Of a stretch of DNA of 64,000 nt, positions 55,929 to 64,000 are shown one piece after another. How positions within the stretch are numbered: the stretch's first letter is position 1; each line of letters opens with the position of its first letter. The position numbers and the translations under genes are program-made. The DNA comes from an uncultured Acidobacteriota bacterium (GTDB lineage Bacteria > Acidobacteriota > Thermoanaerobaculia > UBA5066 > Gp7-AA6). The DNA is taken from contig CAVZDB010000008.1 in assembly GCA_963773905.1 (NCBI GenBank), forward strand, positions 147,869 to 211,868. The letters are read 5' to 3'. The notes under the pieces are model-generated. The model worked only from the letters and a program-made list of their open reading frames with translations. It had not been told where the DNA came from and searched no databases.

Positions 55929-57101
55929 TTGATCCGCCTCATCCTCAAGCCCGGCCGCGACGCATCGGTCCTCCGCCGCCACCCCTGGGTGTTCTCGGGC
56001 GCGATCGCGTCCACCGGGGGGGACGGTGAGGACGGCGTCGCCGAGGTCGTGGATGCCGGCGGGAAGCCGCTCGCCCGCGGCGCGTACTCGCCGGACTCGC
56101 AGATCGTGGCGCGACTCTGGAGCTTCGACGGCAAGGCGCCCGATGCCGTGCTCTTCCGCGAGCGCTTCGCGGCGGCGAAGTCGCTCCGCAAAGACGTCCT
56201 GCCTCCGGAGACCACGGGCTACCGCGCGGTCAACTCGGAGGGCGATTTGTGCCCGGGCGTTCTGCTCGACGTGTACGGCGAGACCGCCGTGCTGGAGCTC
56301 CTGACGGGTGGCACCGAGCGCTGGCGCGCCGAGCTCGAGGCGGCCGCGTGGGAGGTCTTCGCACCGAGGAATCTGATCGTCCGGGAGACGGGCTCCGCCC
56401 GCGACGCCGGCGAATCCAAAATCCAAAATCCAAAATCCAAAATCGAGCCGCCCGTTCCCTTTCTCGAGAACGGCCTCCACTTCCTCGCCGACGTCTCCGC
56501 GGGCCAGAAGACGGGCTTCTTCCTCGACCAGCGCGACAACCGGGCTCGTCTGCGCGCCCTCGCGCGCGGCCGGCGCGTGCTCAACCTCTTCTCCTACTCG
56601 GGCGCCTTCTCCGTCGCGGCTCTGGCCGGCGGCGCGACGCGAGCCGTCGACGTCGATTCCTCCGCGGCCGCGCTCGCGCTCGCACGCGAGCACCGCGCCC
56701 TGAATGCGCTCTCCGCCGACGACTCCGACCTCGTTCAGGCCGACGTCTTCGAGGATCTGCGGCGGCGCGTGGCCGAGGGGCAGCGCTGGGATGCCGTGGT
56801 CTGCGACCCGCCCGCCTTCGCCAAGAAGAAGTCGGACGTCGAGCGGGCGGCCCGCGGGTACAAGGACGTCAACCGGCTCGCGATGACGCTCGTCTCTCCG
56901 GGAGGGTGGCTGCTGACCTGCTCGTGCTCCGGACTGGTGGACGCGGACCTCTTCCAGAAGATCGCCTTCTCCGCGTCGGCGGAGGCACGCGCCGGCTTCG
57001 CGCTGATCGCCCGGCAGGGCGCCGGCCCGGATCATCCCGTCTCGCTCGACTGTCCAGAGGGGGAGTACCTCAAGGGATTGTGGATGCGGCGGGCGCCCTA
57101 G
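55929..57101 (+). CDS. rlmI: class I SAM-dependent rRNA methyltransferase, RlmI-like (PUA + MTase)
   Basis: Track ORF of 390 aa. It is collinear with E. coli RlmI as I remember it: LKPGRDASVLRRHPWVFSGAI, GQKTGFFLDQRDNR, VLNLFSYSGAFSVAAL, VVCDPPAF, RGYKDVNRLAM, LTCSCSG, HPV....PEGEYLKG. Confidence 0.8.
   Translation: MIRLILKPGRDASVLRRHPWVFSGAIASTGGDGEDGVAEVVDAGGKPLARGAYSPDSQIVARLWSFDGKAPDAVLFRERFAAAKSLRKDVLPPETTGYRAVNSEGDLCPGVLLDVYGETAVLELLTGGTERWRAELEAAAWEVFAPRNLIVRETGSARDAGESKIQNPKSKIEPPVPFLENGLHFLADVSAGQKTGFFLDQRDNRARLRALARGRRVLNLFSYSGAFSVAALAGGATRAVDVDSSAAALALAREHRALNALSADDSDLVQADVFEDLRRRVAEGQRWDAVVCDPPAFAKKKSDVERAARGYKDVNRLAMTLVSPGGWLLTCSCSGLVDADLFQKIAFSASAEARAGFALIARQGAGPDHPVSLDCPEGEYLKGLWMRRAP
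56413..56447. repeat. (AATCCAA)x4.6 heptamer tandem repeat inside the rlmI-like CDS
   Basis: aatccaa|aatccaa|aatccaa|aatccaa|aatcgag. It translates in frame as ESKIQNPKSKIE and is strikingly AT-rich inside a GC-rich gene. Confidence 0.9.
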
Positions 57102-57134
57102 AGGCAGCCCGCGGCGACTTATACTCCTGACGCG

Positions 57135-58997
57135 ATGGCGCGGCCCGGAACAGCCCTCTCCGTCCTGACGCTCTCCCTGATGCTCGCACCGGGCGGGGCG
57201 CACGTGGCCGTCGCGGACGGGATCCCTGAGATGCACGCCGGGCCTGCGGTGTTCCACGCCGCCGCTCCGAAGGCCGCCGCGGCCATCCCCTCGCTCGACT
57301 TTGCCGCGACGCAGGCGCGGCTGCCCGGCTCCGCGCGCCACGACCTGCCGGGGTTGTCGGCGGACGAGCGCGCCCACCTTCTCTCGCGCGACGCGCGGCC
57401 GGGCGACGCCGCACGGCCGAAGAAGCCGGCGGTCCGCGTGGGCATCGTGCGGCCGTTGCCCGGCGGGGCCGGATTCCACGGACTGACGCAAGCCGGCGTC
57501 GCGGGAGCGCTCCCGATGGGCGGAGGCTGGCTCGAGCGCGCGGACGGCCGCTGGACCTGGACCGCCTCGTTCTCCTCGGAGGGCGCGCAGGCGCTGCGCA
57601 TCCACGTCGCCGACGCGTGGCTGCCTCCCGGTAGCCGCGTCTTCGTCTACGGCCCGCGGGGCGAGGTCTTCGGGCCGTACGCCTTCGACGGCGGCACACG
57701 GCCGGAGGGCTTCTGGACCAATACCGTCTTCGCGTCGACGGCGATCCTGCGCGTCGAGATCGGCGTCGCCGATCCGGCGCGCCTGGCGCTCGCGCGCCTG
57801 TCGATCGAATCGCTCGTGCACATCGAGTCTCCGTGGGTGGCGACGGTCAATCCCGCGGCCGCCGCGTCCTCCGCGGCATCCGGCGGCGCGGGTGCGCCCC
57901 AGGTCCGGCTCAAGTCCGACACCTGCTTCCTCGACGCGAGCTGCGTGACCCCCGCCGATTTTCCCAACCTCGACTCCGCCTCGCACGCGGTGGCCCAGCT
58001 GAACTTCGTGGAACCGGACGGCGACTTCGTCTGCTCGGGCGGCCTGCTCAACACCACGACGAGCAACATGGTTCCGTACCTGCTGACCGCCAACCATTGC
58101 TTCTCGACGCAGGCCTCCGCCACCTCGCTCGAGGCGTTCTTCGACTACAGGACGTCCTCCTGCAACGGCATCGAGCCGCCTCCCAACGGATTCCCGAGCA
58201 CCCTCGGCTCGACGCTGCTGGCCACGTCGACGACGAGCGATTTCACCTTCCTGCAGCTCTCCGAGGACCCGCCCGACGGCAGCGTTTTCCTGGGCTGGAC
58301 GACCGGGGACTACGCCCACGTGGACGCCGCCGTTCTGTATCGGCTCAGCCATCCCAACGGGCGGCCGCAGTTCTTCTCCAAGCATCAGGTCGAGGCCTCG
58401 CCCGCTGTGACCTGCAGCGGTTACGACCCGGGCAACTTCCTCTACGAGCAGGACGTCGAGGGCGGCACCGGCGGAGGCAGCTCGGGATCGCCCGCGATGC
58501 TCGCCGACCTCTCGGTCGTCGGGCAGGAGCTCGGCGGGTGCGGCGTCAACCCCGACGACGACTGCGATCGCCGCAACCTCACGATCGACGGCGCGTTCCG
58601 AGTGAGCTTTCCCTCGATCTCCACGTGGCTCGCGCCCGCCTCGCCGAGCACCTGCGTCCCGACCGCCACGACGCTCTGCCTTCACGGCGGCCGGTTCCAG
58701 GTCACCGCCGACTGGACGAAGACGACCGGCGAGCACGGCAGCGGCACGCGCGTCCCCCTGACGGACGACTCGGCGTACTTCTGGTTCTTCAGCCCCGACA
58801 ACGTCGAGATGGTCGTGAAGGTTCTGGACGCGTGCGCGATCTCCCAGAAGTTCTGGGTCTTCGCCGGCGGGCTGACCAACGTCTCCGTTCGCATGACGGT
58901 CGTGGACACGCACACGGGCGCCGTGGAGATCTACGACAACCCGCTCGGCGTGGCCTTCGCCCCCCTCCAGGACACGAAGGCCTTTGCCTGTCCCTGA
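57135..58997 (+). CDS. secreted trypsin-like (S1 family) serine peptidase with long N-terminal region and Cys-framed C-terminal domain
   Basis: Track ORF of 620 aa. Signal peptide MARPGTALSVLTLSLMLAPGGAHVA. His motif LLTANHCF, Asp region DFTFLQL, Ser motif GGTGGGSSGSP. The last about 115 aa are CVPTATTLCLHGGRFQV...FWVFAGGLTNV...AFACP. Confidence 0.75.
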   Translation: MARPGTALSVLTLSLMLAPGGAHVAVADGIPEMHAGPAVFHAAAPKAAAAIPSLDFAATQARLPGSARHDLPGLSADERAHLLSRDARPGDAARPKKPAVRVGIVRPLPGGAGFHGLTQAGVAGALPMGGGWLERADGRWTWTASFSSEGAQALRIHVADAWLPPGSRVFVYGPRGEVFGPYAFDGGTRPEGFWTNTVFASTAILRVEIGVADPARLALARLSIESLVHIESPWVATVNPAAAASSAASGGAGAPQVRLKSDTCFLDASCVTPADFPNLDSASHAVAQLNFVEPDGDFVCSGGLLNTTTSNMVPYLLTANHCFSTQASATSLEAFFDYRTSSCNGIEPPPNGFPSTLGSTLLATSTTSDFTFLQLSEDPPDGSVFLGWTTGDYAHVDAAVLYRLSHPNGRPQFFSKHQVEASPAVTCSGYDPGNFLYEQDVEGGTGGGSSGSPAMLADLSVVGQELGGCGVNPDDDCDRRNLTIDGAFRVSFPSISTWLAPASPSTCVPTATTLCLHGGRFQVTADWTKTTGEHGSGTRVPLTDDSAYFWFFSPDNVEMVVKVLDACAISQKFWVFAGGLTNVSVRMTVVDTHTGAVEIYDNPLGVAFAPLQDTKAFACP

Positions 58998-60150
58998 CGC
59001 CGCGCGCCCGATCCGGCGCGTTGCGATCCTGGGACCCTCACCCCCCGATCGCGGCGGCATCGCGCGCGAGACCCGGCTCCTGGCGGAGGAGCTGTCGCGA
59101 AGGCCGGGTCTCGGCGTCCGCTGGCTGACCTTCTCGCGCCCGTATCCGCGGTGGCTCGACCCGCGGCGCTTCGATCGGGACCCGGCCCTCCCGGACTCCG
59201 GCGCCGAGCCGGTGCTCGACTACGCTTCGCCGCTGTCCTGGAGGCGAACGGCCGATGCGGTCGCGGCGGATGGCGCCGAGGCGCTGCTCGTCCCGTGGTG
59301 GACCGCGTTCTGGGCCCTCCCGCTGCGGTCGGTCCTGCGCCGCGTGAGGGCGCTGTCGCCGAAGACGATCCGCGTCCTGCTGTGCCACAACGTCGACGAG
59401 CACGAGGGCGGGACGCTCCGCCGTTTCCTGGCGCTCGGCGCGATGACGGCCGCGGATGCGTTCGTGTGCCAGAGCGAATCGGATCGGGCGCTGCTGGCCC
59501 GGCGGGCGCCGGGCCGCCCCGTTCTCGTCCTCCCGCATCCCGTGGTGCGCGCGGTCGGCGCCCCGGTCTCCCGCGAGGAGGCCCGCGCGAGGCTGGGCGT
59601 GCCCGCCGACGGCCCGCTGGTGCTCTTCCTCGGGCTCGTGCGCCGGTACAAGGGCGTCGATCTCCTGCTCGACGCGGCCCCCGAGATCGCGCGGCAGACG
59701 GGCGCTCGCCTCGCGATCGTGGGCGAGGTCTTCCCGGATGCGCGCGACACGATGCGGCGGGTCGACGCGAGCCCGGTGCGCGACCGCCTGCTCGTGCACG
59801 ACGCCTACGTTCCCGAGGAGGCAATGGAGACGTGGCTCGCCGCCTGCGACGTGGTCGTCCTCCCGTACCGCGCGATCTCCGGCAGCGGCATCGCCGCGCG
59901 CGCGATCGCGGCGGCGCGTCCGATGGCGGGCTCGGGGGTCGGCGGACTGAAGGAGGCGATCGTTCCGGGACTCACCGGCGAGCTCTTTCCGCCGGGCGAC
60001 GCCGCCGCGCTCACGGCCGCGGTGCAGAGAGTCCTGGCGCGCGGCGCCGACGCGTACGCGCCGGGCCTGGCGGCGGCGGCGGAGCGATGTTCGTGGATGC
60101 GCTACGCGGACGGGTTGCTGGAATTCCTGTCCGAGATCGGGCGTCGGTAG
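58984..60150 (+). CDS. glycosyltransferase family 4 protein
   Basis: Track ORF of 388 aa with a TTG start overlapping the peptidase stop. N-terminus ILGPSPPDRGGIA. C-terminal GT-B part: FLGLVRRYKGVDLLLDA, VVLPYRAISGSGIAARAIAAARP, E..V..GLTGELFPPGD. Confidence 0.75.
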   Translation: MPVPDAARPIRRVAILGPSPPDRGGIARETRLLAEELSRRPGLGVRWLTFSRPYPRWLDPRRFDRDPALPDSGAEPVLDYASPLSWRRTADAVAADGAEALLVPWWTAFWALPLRSVLRRVRALSPKTIRVLLCHNVDEHEGGTLRRFLALGAMTAADAFVCQSESDRALLARRAPGRPVLVLPHPVVRAVGAPVSREEARARLGVPADGPLVLFLGLVRRYKGVDLLLDAAPEIARQTGARLAIVGEVFPDARDTMRRVDASPVRDRLLVHDAYVPEEAMETWLAACDVVVLPYRAISGSGIAARAIAAARPMAGSGVGGLKEAIVPGLTGELFPPGDAAALTAAVQRVLARGADAYAPGLAAAAERCSWMRYADGLLEFLSEIGRR

Positions 60151-60178
60151 CCGCCTCTCCCGTTATACTCCGCCTCCC

Positions 60179-61351
60179 ATGAACCTGGAGCTCTCGGAGG
60201 AGCAGCGCCTGCTGCAGCAGGCGGTCCGGGATTTCGCCGAGGAGGTCGTGCGGCCGCGAGCGGCCGTGATCGACCAGACCGGCGAGTTTCCCAGGGACCT
60301 GTTTCGCCAGGCGGGGGAGCTCGGCCTGGCCGGCGTCGCCGTCCCGTCGGAGCACGGGGGCTCCGGCATGGACAGCGTCGCCTATGCGATCGTGATCGAG
60401 GAAATCTCGCGCGTCTGCGCCAACCTCGGCGTGATCCTGTCGGTCAACAACTCTCTCGTCTGCGACCCGATCGAGCGTTACGGCAACGCCGAACAGAAGA
60501 AGAAGTTCCTGGTCCCGCTCGCGAAGGGGGAAAAGCTCGGGTGCTTCGCCCTGACCGAGCCCGACGCCGGCTCGGATGCCGGAAACCAGAAGACGCGGGC
60601 GGTCCGCGAGGGCGACTCCTACCGCCTCACCGGCCAGAAGGTCTTCATCACCTGCGGGCAGGCCGCCGACGTGTGCCTGCTCTTCGCGATGACCAACCCC
60701 GAGAAGAAGCTCAAGGGCATCTCGGCCTTCCTCGTGGACGCCGCGACGCCCGGCTTCGACCGCTCGCGCCATCAGGTCAAGCTCGGCGTCAACGCCTCGG
60801 GCACCGTCGAGATCTTCCTGACCGACGTGCGCGTCCCCGCCGCCGACCGCCTGGGAGAGGAGGGCGAGGGATTCCGGATCGCGATGACGACGCTCGACGG
60901 CGGCCGGATCGGCATCGCCGCCCAGGCCGTGGGCATCGCGACCGAGGCCTTCGAGGCCGCCGTTCGCTACGCGCAGGCGCGGCGCGCGTTCGGCAAGCCG
61001 ATCGCCGACTTCCAGGCGATCCGTTTCTACCTCGCCGACATGGCCACGGAAATCGACGCCGCGCGGCTCCTGACCCGCCGCGCCGCCGCCGCCAAGGACG
61101 CCGCCAAGGGAGGCAAGGGGCGCTTCTCGATGGAGGCGGCGATCGGAAAGCTCTTCGCCGCCGAGATGGCGCAGCGCGTCACGACCAAGGCGCTCCAGAT
61201 CCACGGCGGCTACGGCTACACCAAGGAATATCCGGTCGAGCGCAACTTCCGCGACGCGCGGATCACCGAGATCTACGAGGGCACGAGCGAGATCCACCGG
61301 CTGATCATCGCGCGCGAGATCTTCAAGGACTCCGGGCTGACGATCGGTTAG
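60179..61351 (+). CDS. acyl-CoA dehydrogenase (short/medium-chain type)
   Basis: Track ORF of 390 aa. Motifs: [79 protein letters not shown]. Confidence 0.9.
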   Translation: MNLELSEEQRLLQQAVRDFAEEVVRPRAAVIDQTGEFPRDLFRQAGELGLAGVAVPSEHGGSGMDSVAYAIVIEEISRVCANLGVILSVNNSLVCDPIERYGNAEQKKKFLVPLAKGEKLGCFALTEPDAGSDAGNQKTRAVREGDSYRLTGQKVFITCGQAADVCLLFAMTNPEKKLKGISAFLVDAATPGFDRSRHQVKLGVNASGTVEIFLTDVRVPAADRLGEEGEGFRIAMTTLDGGRIGIAAQAVGIATEAFEAAVRYAQARRAFGKPIADFQAIRFYLADMATEIDAARLLTRRAAAAKDAAKGGKGRFSMEAAIGKLFAAEMAQRVTTKALQIHGGYGYTKEYPVERNFRDARITEIYEGTSEIHRLIIAREIFKDSGLTIG

Positions 61352-61378
61352 GAGACACCATGCATCGCATCGGATCCC

Positions 61379-61411
61379 AAATCTAAAATCTAAAATCTAA
61401 AATCTGAAATG
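61379..61411. repeat. (AAATCTA)x3 + AAATCTG + AAATG heptamer repeat forming the 5' leader and start codon of the next gene
   Basis: aaatcta|aaatcta|aaatcta|aaatctg|aaATG, with the ATG at 61409. It is a one-base variant of the heptamer at 56413. No GGAGG-type ribosome-binding site is present. Confidence 0.9.
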
Positions 61412-62272
61412 GCTCAAACCCGAATGTTTCGGGACCGCGTGGTCTCGATGGAGCAGACCCTGGAGGGGGGCGAGAAGCACCTCCCGCTGCTCAAGGACCT
61501 CTGCCGCGAGGCGTTGCCGGAGCTGGAGTTCCGCGAGTACTCGCTCGACCACGAGCGCGATCTCTTCGTCATGGATTTCGCCGCGGCGGACGGCACCTCC
61601 CGCCGCATCTGCTGGACCCGCATGGTCCTCTACGATGCCGAGCGCATTCCCGCGATGGCCACGGAGGCGGGCGCAGCGCTGCGGCAGAAGATCGTCGAGT
61701 TCCTGCGCGCCCGGGCCGCGGTGCCGGAGGTCGTCGTGACGTTCCGCCACCTCGAGGAGGGCTGGGTCGACACGCCGGAGCCACGCCGTGAAGGCCGCCG
61801 CCGCCGCCGCGGAGGCCGCGGACGCGGACACGCCCAGGAGCGCGGCGGCCCCGAGCGCCGCCCGGGGGGAGGTCCGCAGGAACGCCGGCCCGGTGGCCCG
61901 GGCGCAGAGCGGCGCGGCGGCGCGGGAGCTCCGGGAGAGCGCCGGCCTGCGGGAGAGCGCCGGCCTGCCGGACCGCCGGGAGAGCGCCGGCCTGGCGGTC
62001 GCCCGATGCCCGAGCGCCGCTCCGCGGGCGGAGGTTCGCAGCCCTCCGGCCAGCCGCAGCGTTCCGGCCAGCCGCGCGCTCCGCAGCCTCCGCGTCCGCC
62101 CGCGCCGGAGTCCGTCGCCTCGGGCGAGCCCGGGACACCGGCAGGCGACGGCGGGGGACGCCGCCGCCGGCGGTTACGGAGACGGCGCCGCGGGCGCGGC
62201 GGCGCGGGAGGCGGAGGAGGAGGCGGCGGCTCGGCTCCGCCGCCCTCGGGAGCTCCGGGAGACGCCTCGTGA
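61409..62272 (+). CDS. hypothetical protein: ~115-aa N-terminal domain + extremely basic Arg/Gly/Pro-rich repetitive tail
   Basis: Track ORF of 287 aa. The N-domain reads MAQTRMFRDRVVSMEQTLEGGEKHLPLLKDLCREALPELEFREY...VVVTFRHLEEGWVD. The tail has ERRPGG/GERRPA repeats and RRRRRLRRRRRGRGG. There is a GTGA overlap with the next ACAD gene. Confidence 0.6.
   Translation: MAQTRMFRDRVVSMEQTLEGGEKHLPLLKDLCREALPELEFREYSLDHERDLFVMDFAAADGTSRRICWTRMVLYDAERIPAMATEAGAALRQKIVEFLRARAAVPEVVVTFRHLEEGWVDTPEPRREGRRRRRGGRGRGHAQERGGPERRPGGGPQERRPGGPGAERRGGAGAPGERRPAGERRPAGPPGERRPGGRPMPERRSAGGGSQPSGQPQRSGQPRAPQPPRPPAPESVASGEPGTPAGDGGGRRRRRLRRRRRGRGGAGGGGGGGGSAPPPSGAPGDAS
61933..61995. repeat. 18-bp coding tandem repeat GGGAGAGCGCCGGCCTGC (3 copies, one displaced by 9 nt)
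   Basis: The units are at 61933-61950, 61951-61968 and 61978-61995. They encode GERRPA GERRPA ... GERRPG. Confidence 0.85.
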
Positions 62273-63417
62273 ATTTCGAGCTGACCGAGGACCAGAAGCG
62301 CATCCGCGACGCCGTGCGCGAGTTCGCGCGCACGCAGATCGCCCCCGGGGTCTCCGAGCGCGAGAAGACCGGGCGATTTCCCGCCGAGGTCCTGAAGAAG
62401 CTGGGCGAGATGGGCATCCTCGGCATGATGGTGCCCGAGGAATACGGCGGCGCCGGGTCGGACGTGCTCTCCTACATCCTGGCCATCGAGGAGCTCGCGC
62501 GCGTCTGCGCGTCGACCGCGGTCATCGTCTCCGTGACGAACTCGGTCGTGTGCTACCCGATCTGGCGCTTCGGCACGGAGGCGCAGAAGCGCACCATCCT
62601 GCGCGAGCTCGCCTCCGGCGAGGTGATCGGCGCGTACGCGTTGACGGAGCCGCAGTCCGGCTCGGATGCCGCGAACCAGAAGACGCGGGCGGTGCGCGAC
62701 GGCGACTCCTACGTCCTGAACGGCACGAAGGCGTGGATCACCAACGCGGGCGAGGCGAAGTGGTACGTCCTCATGGCGATGACCGACGCCTCCGCCGGCA
62801 CGCGTGGCATCACGTCGTTCCTCGTGTCGGCCGACGACCCGGGACTCCGCGTGGGCGCGCCCGAGGACAAGATGGGGCTGCGCGCCTCGAAGACGGCGGC
62901 CATCTCCCTGGAGGACGTCCGCGTCCCGGCGGATCGCCGCCTCGGCGCGGAGGGGGAGGGCTTCAGCATCGCGATGACGACGCTCGATCACTCCCGGATC
63001 TCGATCGCCGCGCAGGGCATCGGCCTCGCGCAGGCCGCCTACGAGGCCTCGGTGGACTACGCCCAGACGCGCGAGACCTTCGGCCGGAAGCTGGCAGAGC
63101 ACGAGGTCATCGCGTTCCAGATCGCGGACATGCGCGTCCAGATCGACGCCGCCCGGATGCTCACCTATCGCGCCGCCCTGCTCTCGCAGACGCCCGGCGC
63201 GCGATTCTCCAAGGAGTCCTCGATGGCGAAGGTGTACTCGTCCGAGGTCGCCAACGCCGTCGCGGCGCGCGCCGTGCAGATCTTCGGCGGGTACGGGTAC
63301 TCCCGCGAGTACGAGGTCGAGCGCCTGTACCGCGACGCGCGCGTCACCACGATCTACGAAGGGACGAGCGAGATCCAGCGTATGGTGATCTCGAAGAACG
63401 TGCTGGCAGGACGATGA
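62269..63417 (+). CDS. acyl-CoA dehydrogenase (second paralog)
   Basis: Track ORF of 382 aa. Motifs: [80 protein letters not shown]. Confidence 0.9.
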   Translation: MNFELTEDQKRIRDAVREFARTQIAPGVSEREKTGRFPAEVLKKLGEMGILGMMVPEEYGGAGSDVLSYILAIEELARVCASTAVIVSVTNSVVCYPIWRFGTEAQKRTILRELASGEVIGAYALTEPQSGSDAANQKTRAVRDGDSYVLNGTKAWITNAGEAKWYVLMAMTDASAGTRGITSFLVSADDPGLRVGAPEDKMGLRASKTAAISLEDVRVPADRRLGAEGEGFSIAMTTLDHSRISIAAQGIGLAQAAYEASVDYAQTRETFGRKLAEHEVIAFQIADMRVQIDAARMLTYRAALLSQTPGARFSKESSMAKVYSSEVANAVAARAVQIFGGYGYSREYEVERLYRDARVTTIYEGTSEIQRMVISKNVLAGR

Positions 63418-63965
63418 CGAACCCGGACGATCCGAACTCCGATCCGAGCCTCGACGCGGCGCCTCCCCTCGGGGAAGGCGGGGACGAGCCGTTTCCGGAG
63501 GCCTCGGCGGATTGGGATTCCTCCCCGAAGGAATCCGCGGAGGAGCTGGTTTCTGGGACGTCGGACTCGGCGCCGGCGGACGAAGCGTTCCCCGACGAGC
63601 CGTCGCCTCCTCTCCGGGCGCCCGCCGTGGCCACGGTTACCGGCCGCGCTCCTGCGGCGCTGCCGGCTCCGCCCTCCCGCCTCGATCTGCTGGACCGGCA
63701 GGAGCCTCTCTTCCGCGACTTCGGCGGTTATCGGCTCCGGCTCGAGCCCGCGGACCTCGCGCGGCTGCGCGAGCTGCCCGGCTCCCGGGGAAAGTCGGAC
63801 GACGAGATCGGCGAGACCTTCTTCGACGGCCAGGCGGAGCGCATCGCGGCCTCGGTGGCGGGCGACGTGCCCTCGGGCGCGGAGCTGCGCGTGGTGGTGG
63901 ACCCGTATTCGCGCCAGGCCTTCGTCGCGCTGGAAAACCAGATCCGGGGGATCCTCAGCTTCTAA
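63414..63965 (+). CDS. hypothetical protein: acidic Pro/Asp/Glu-rich N-terminus + ~95-aa C-terminal domain
   Basis: ATG 63414 (ATGA overlap with the ACAD stop) lies in the frame of track ORF 61788..63965. Sequence: MTNPDDPNSDPSLDAAPPLGEGGDEPFPE... then LDLLDRQEPLFRDFGGYRLRLEPADLARLRE...VVVDPYSRQAFVALENQIRGILSF. I recognise no family. Confidence 0.55.
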   Translation: MTNPDDPNSDPSLDAAPPLGEGGDEPFPEASADWDSSPKESAEELVSGTSDSAPADEAFPDEPSPPLRAPAVATVTGRAPAALPAPPSRLDLLDRQEPLFRDFGGYRLRLEPADLARLRELPGSRGKSDDEIGETFFDGQAERIAASVAGDVPSGAELRVVVDPYSRQAFVALENQIRGILSF

Positions 63966-63974
63966 GGCCTCGTC

Positions 63975-64000
63975 GTCATCCCGAGGGCCACTTCGCCGTC
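63975..64000. repeat. REP-like GTCATCCCGAG unit, copy 3 (truncated by window end)
   Basis: gtcatcccgagggccacttcgccgtc begins 10 nt after the stop at 63965. The GTCATCCCGAG head matches those at 8323 and 17833. Confidence 0.6.

Overview
This is a very GC-rich bacterial chromosomal segment (about 70% G+C by eye, not computed). Gene content looks Acidobacteriota-like (inference): a GWxTD-like protein beside an acidobacterial-type VWA protein, two DUF4388 proteins and sulfatase-TPR fusions. I support about 50 protein genes. I found no tRNA or rRNA genes, no CRISPR array, and no transposase, integrase, phage or recognisable defence genes. Layout by coordinate:
- 0.7-4.8 kb: two tandem sulfatase-TPR paralogs.
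- 4.9-8.3 kb: an envC-like / S41-like / yibQ-like envelope cluster.
- 8.4-13 kb: mazG, DUF1844, a TPR/zinc-ribbon membrane protein and a DUF4388 protein.
- 13.1-16 kb: dnaK-hsp20-hspR.
- 16.1-21.2 kb: GWxTD-like, VWA and DUF4388-HDOD genes.
- 21.3-24.8 kb: a mutase catalytic subunit, nth and a CmcI-like methyltransferase.
- 24.8-32.1 kb: a candidate tetrahydrofolate (THF)-linked C1/demethylation cluster (2 CrtI/PYROXD2-like flavoproteins, 2 GcvT-family proteins, MetV-like, MetF).
- 32.1-55.8 kb: a large phosphate/polyphosphate island (CHAD, ppx, phoU, PHP phosphoesterases, a GT21-like glycosyltransferase, ppk1, a MASE1 kinase, lipoprotein, porin, pstSCAB, phoBR-like, DUF47-PiT, DUF547), preceded at several points by 11-bp-phased TTCAC direct repeats that look like PHO boxes.
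- 55.9-64 kb: rlmI-like, a secreted S1 peptidase, GT4, and an acyl-CoA dehydrogenase operon with two unknown proteins.
Two window-wide features stand out. First, about 40 frame-disrupting indels are clustered in eight conserved genes (dnaK, ppk1, ppx, mutase, pstC, a histidine kinase, GT21, one sulfatase), while runs of up to about 9 kb of neighbouring long genes are intact; assembly or polishing error is the most likely cause. Second, a family of low-GC, heptanucleotide-periodic palindromic repeats, plus a GTCATCCCGAG...GGGATCCC REP-like element, occupies many intergenic gaps. Many operon junctions use 4-nt ATGA/GTGA start-stop overlaps. All family assignments come from reading the translated motifs; no database search was run.
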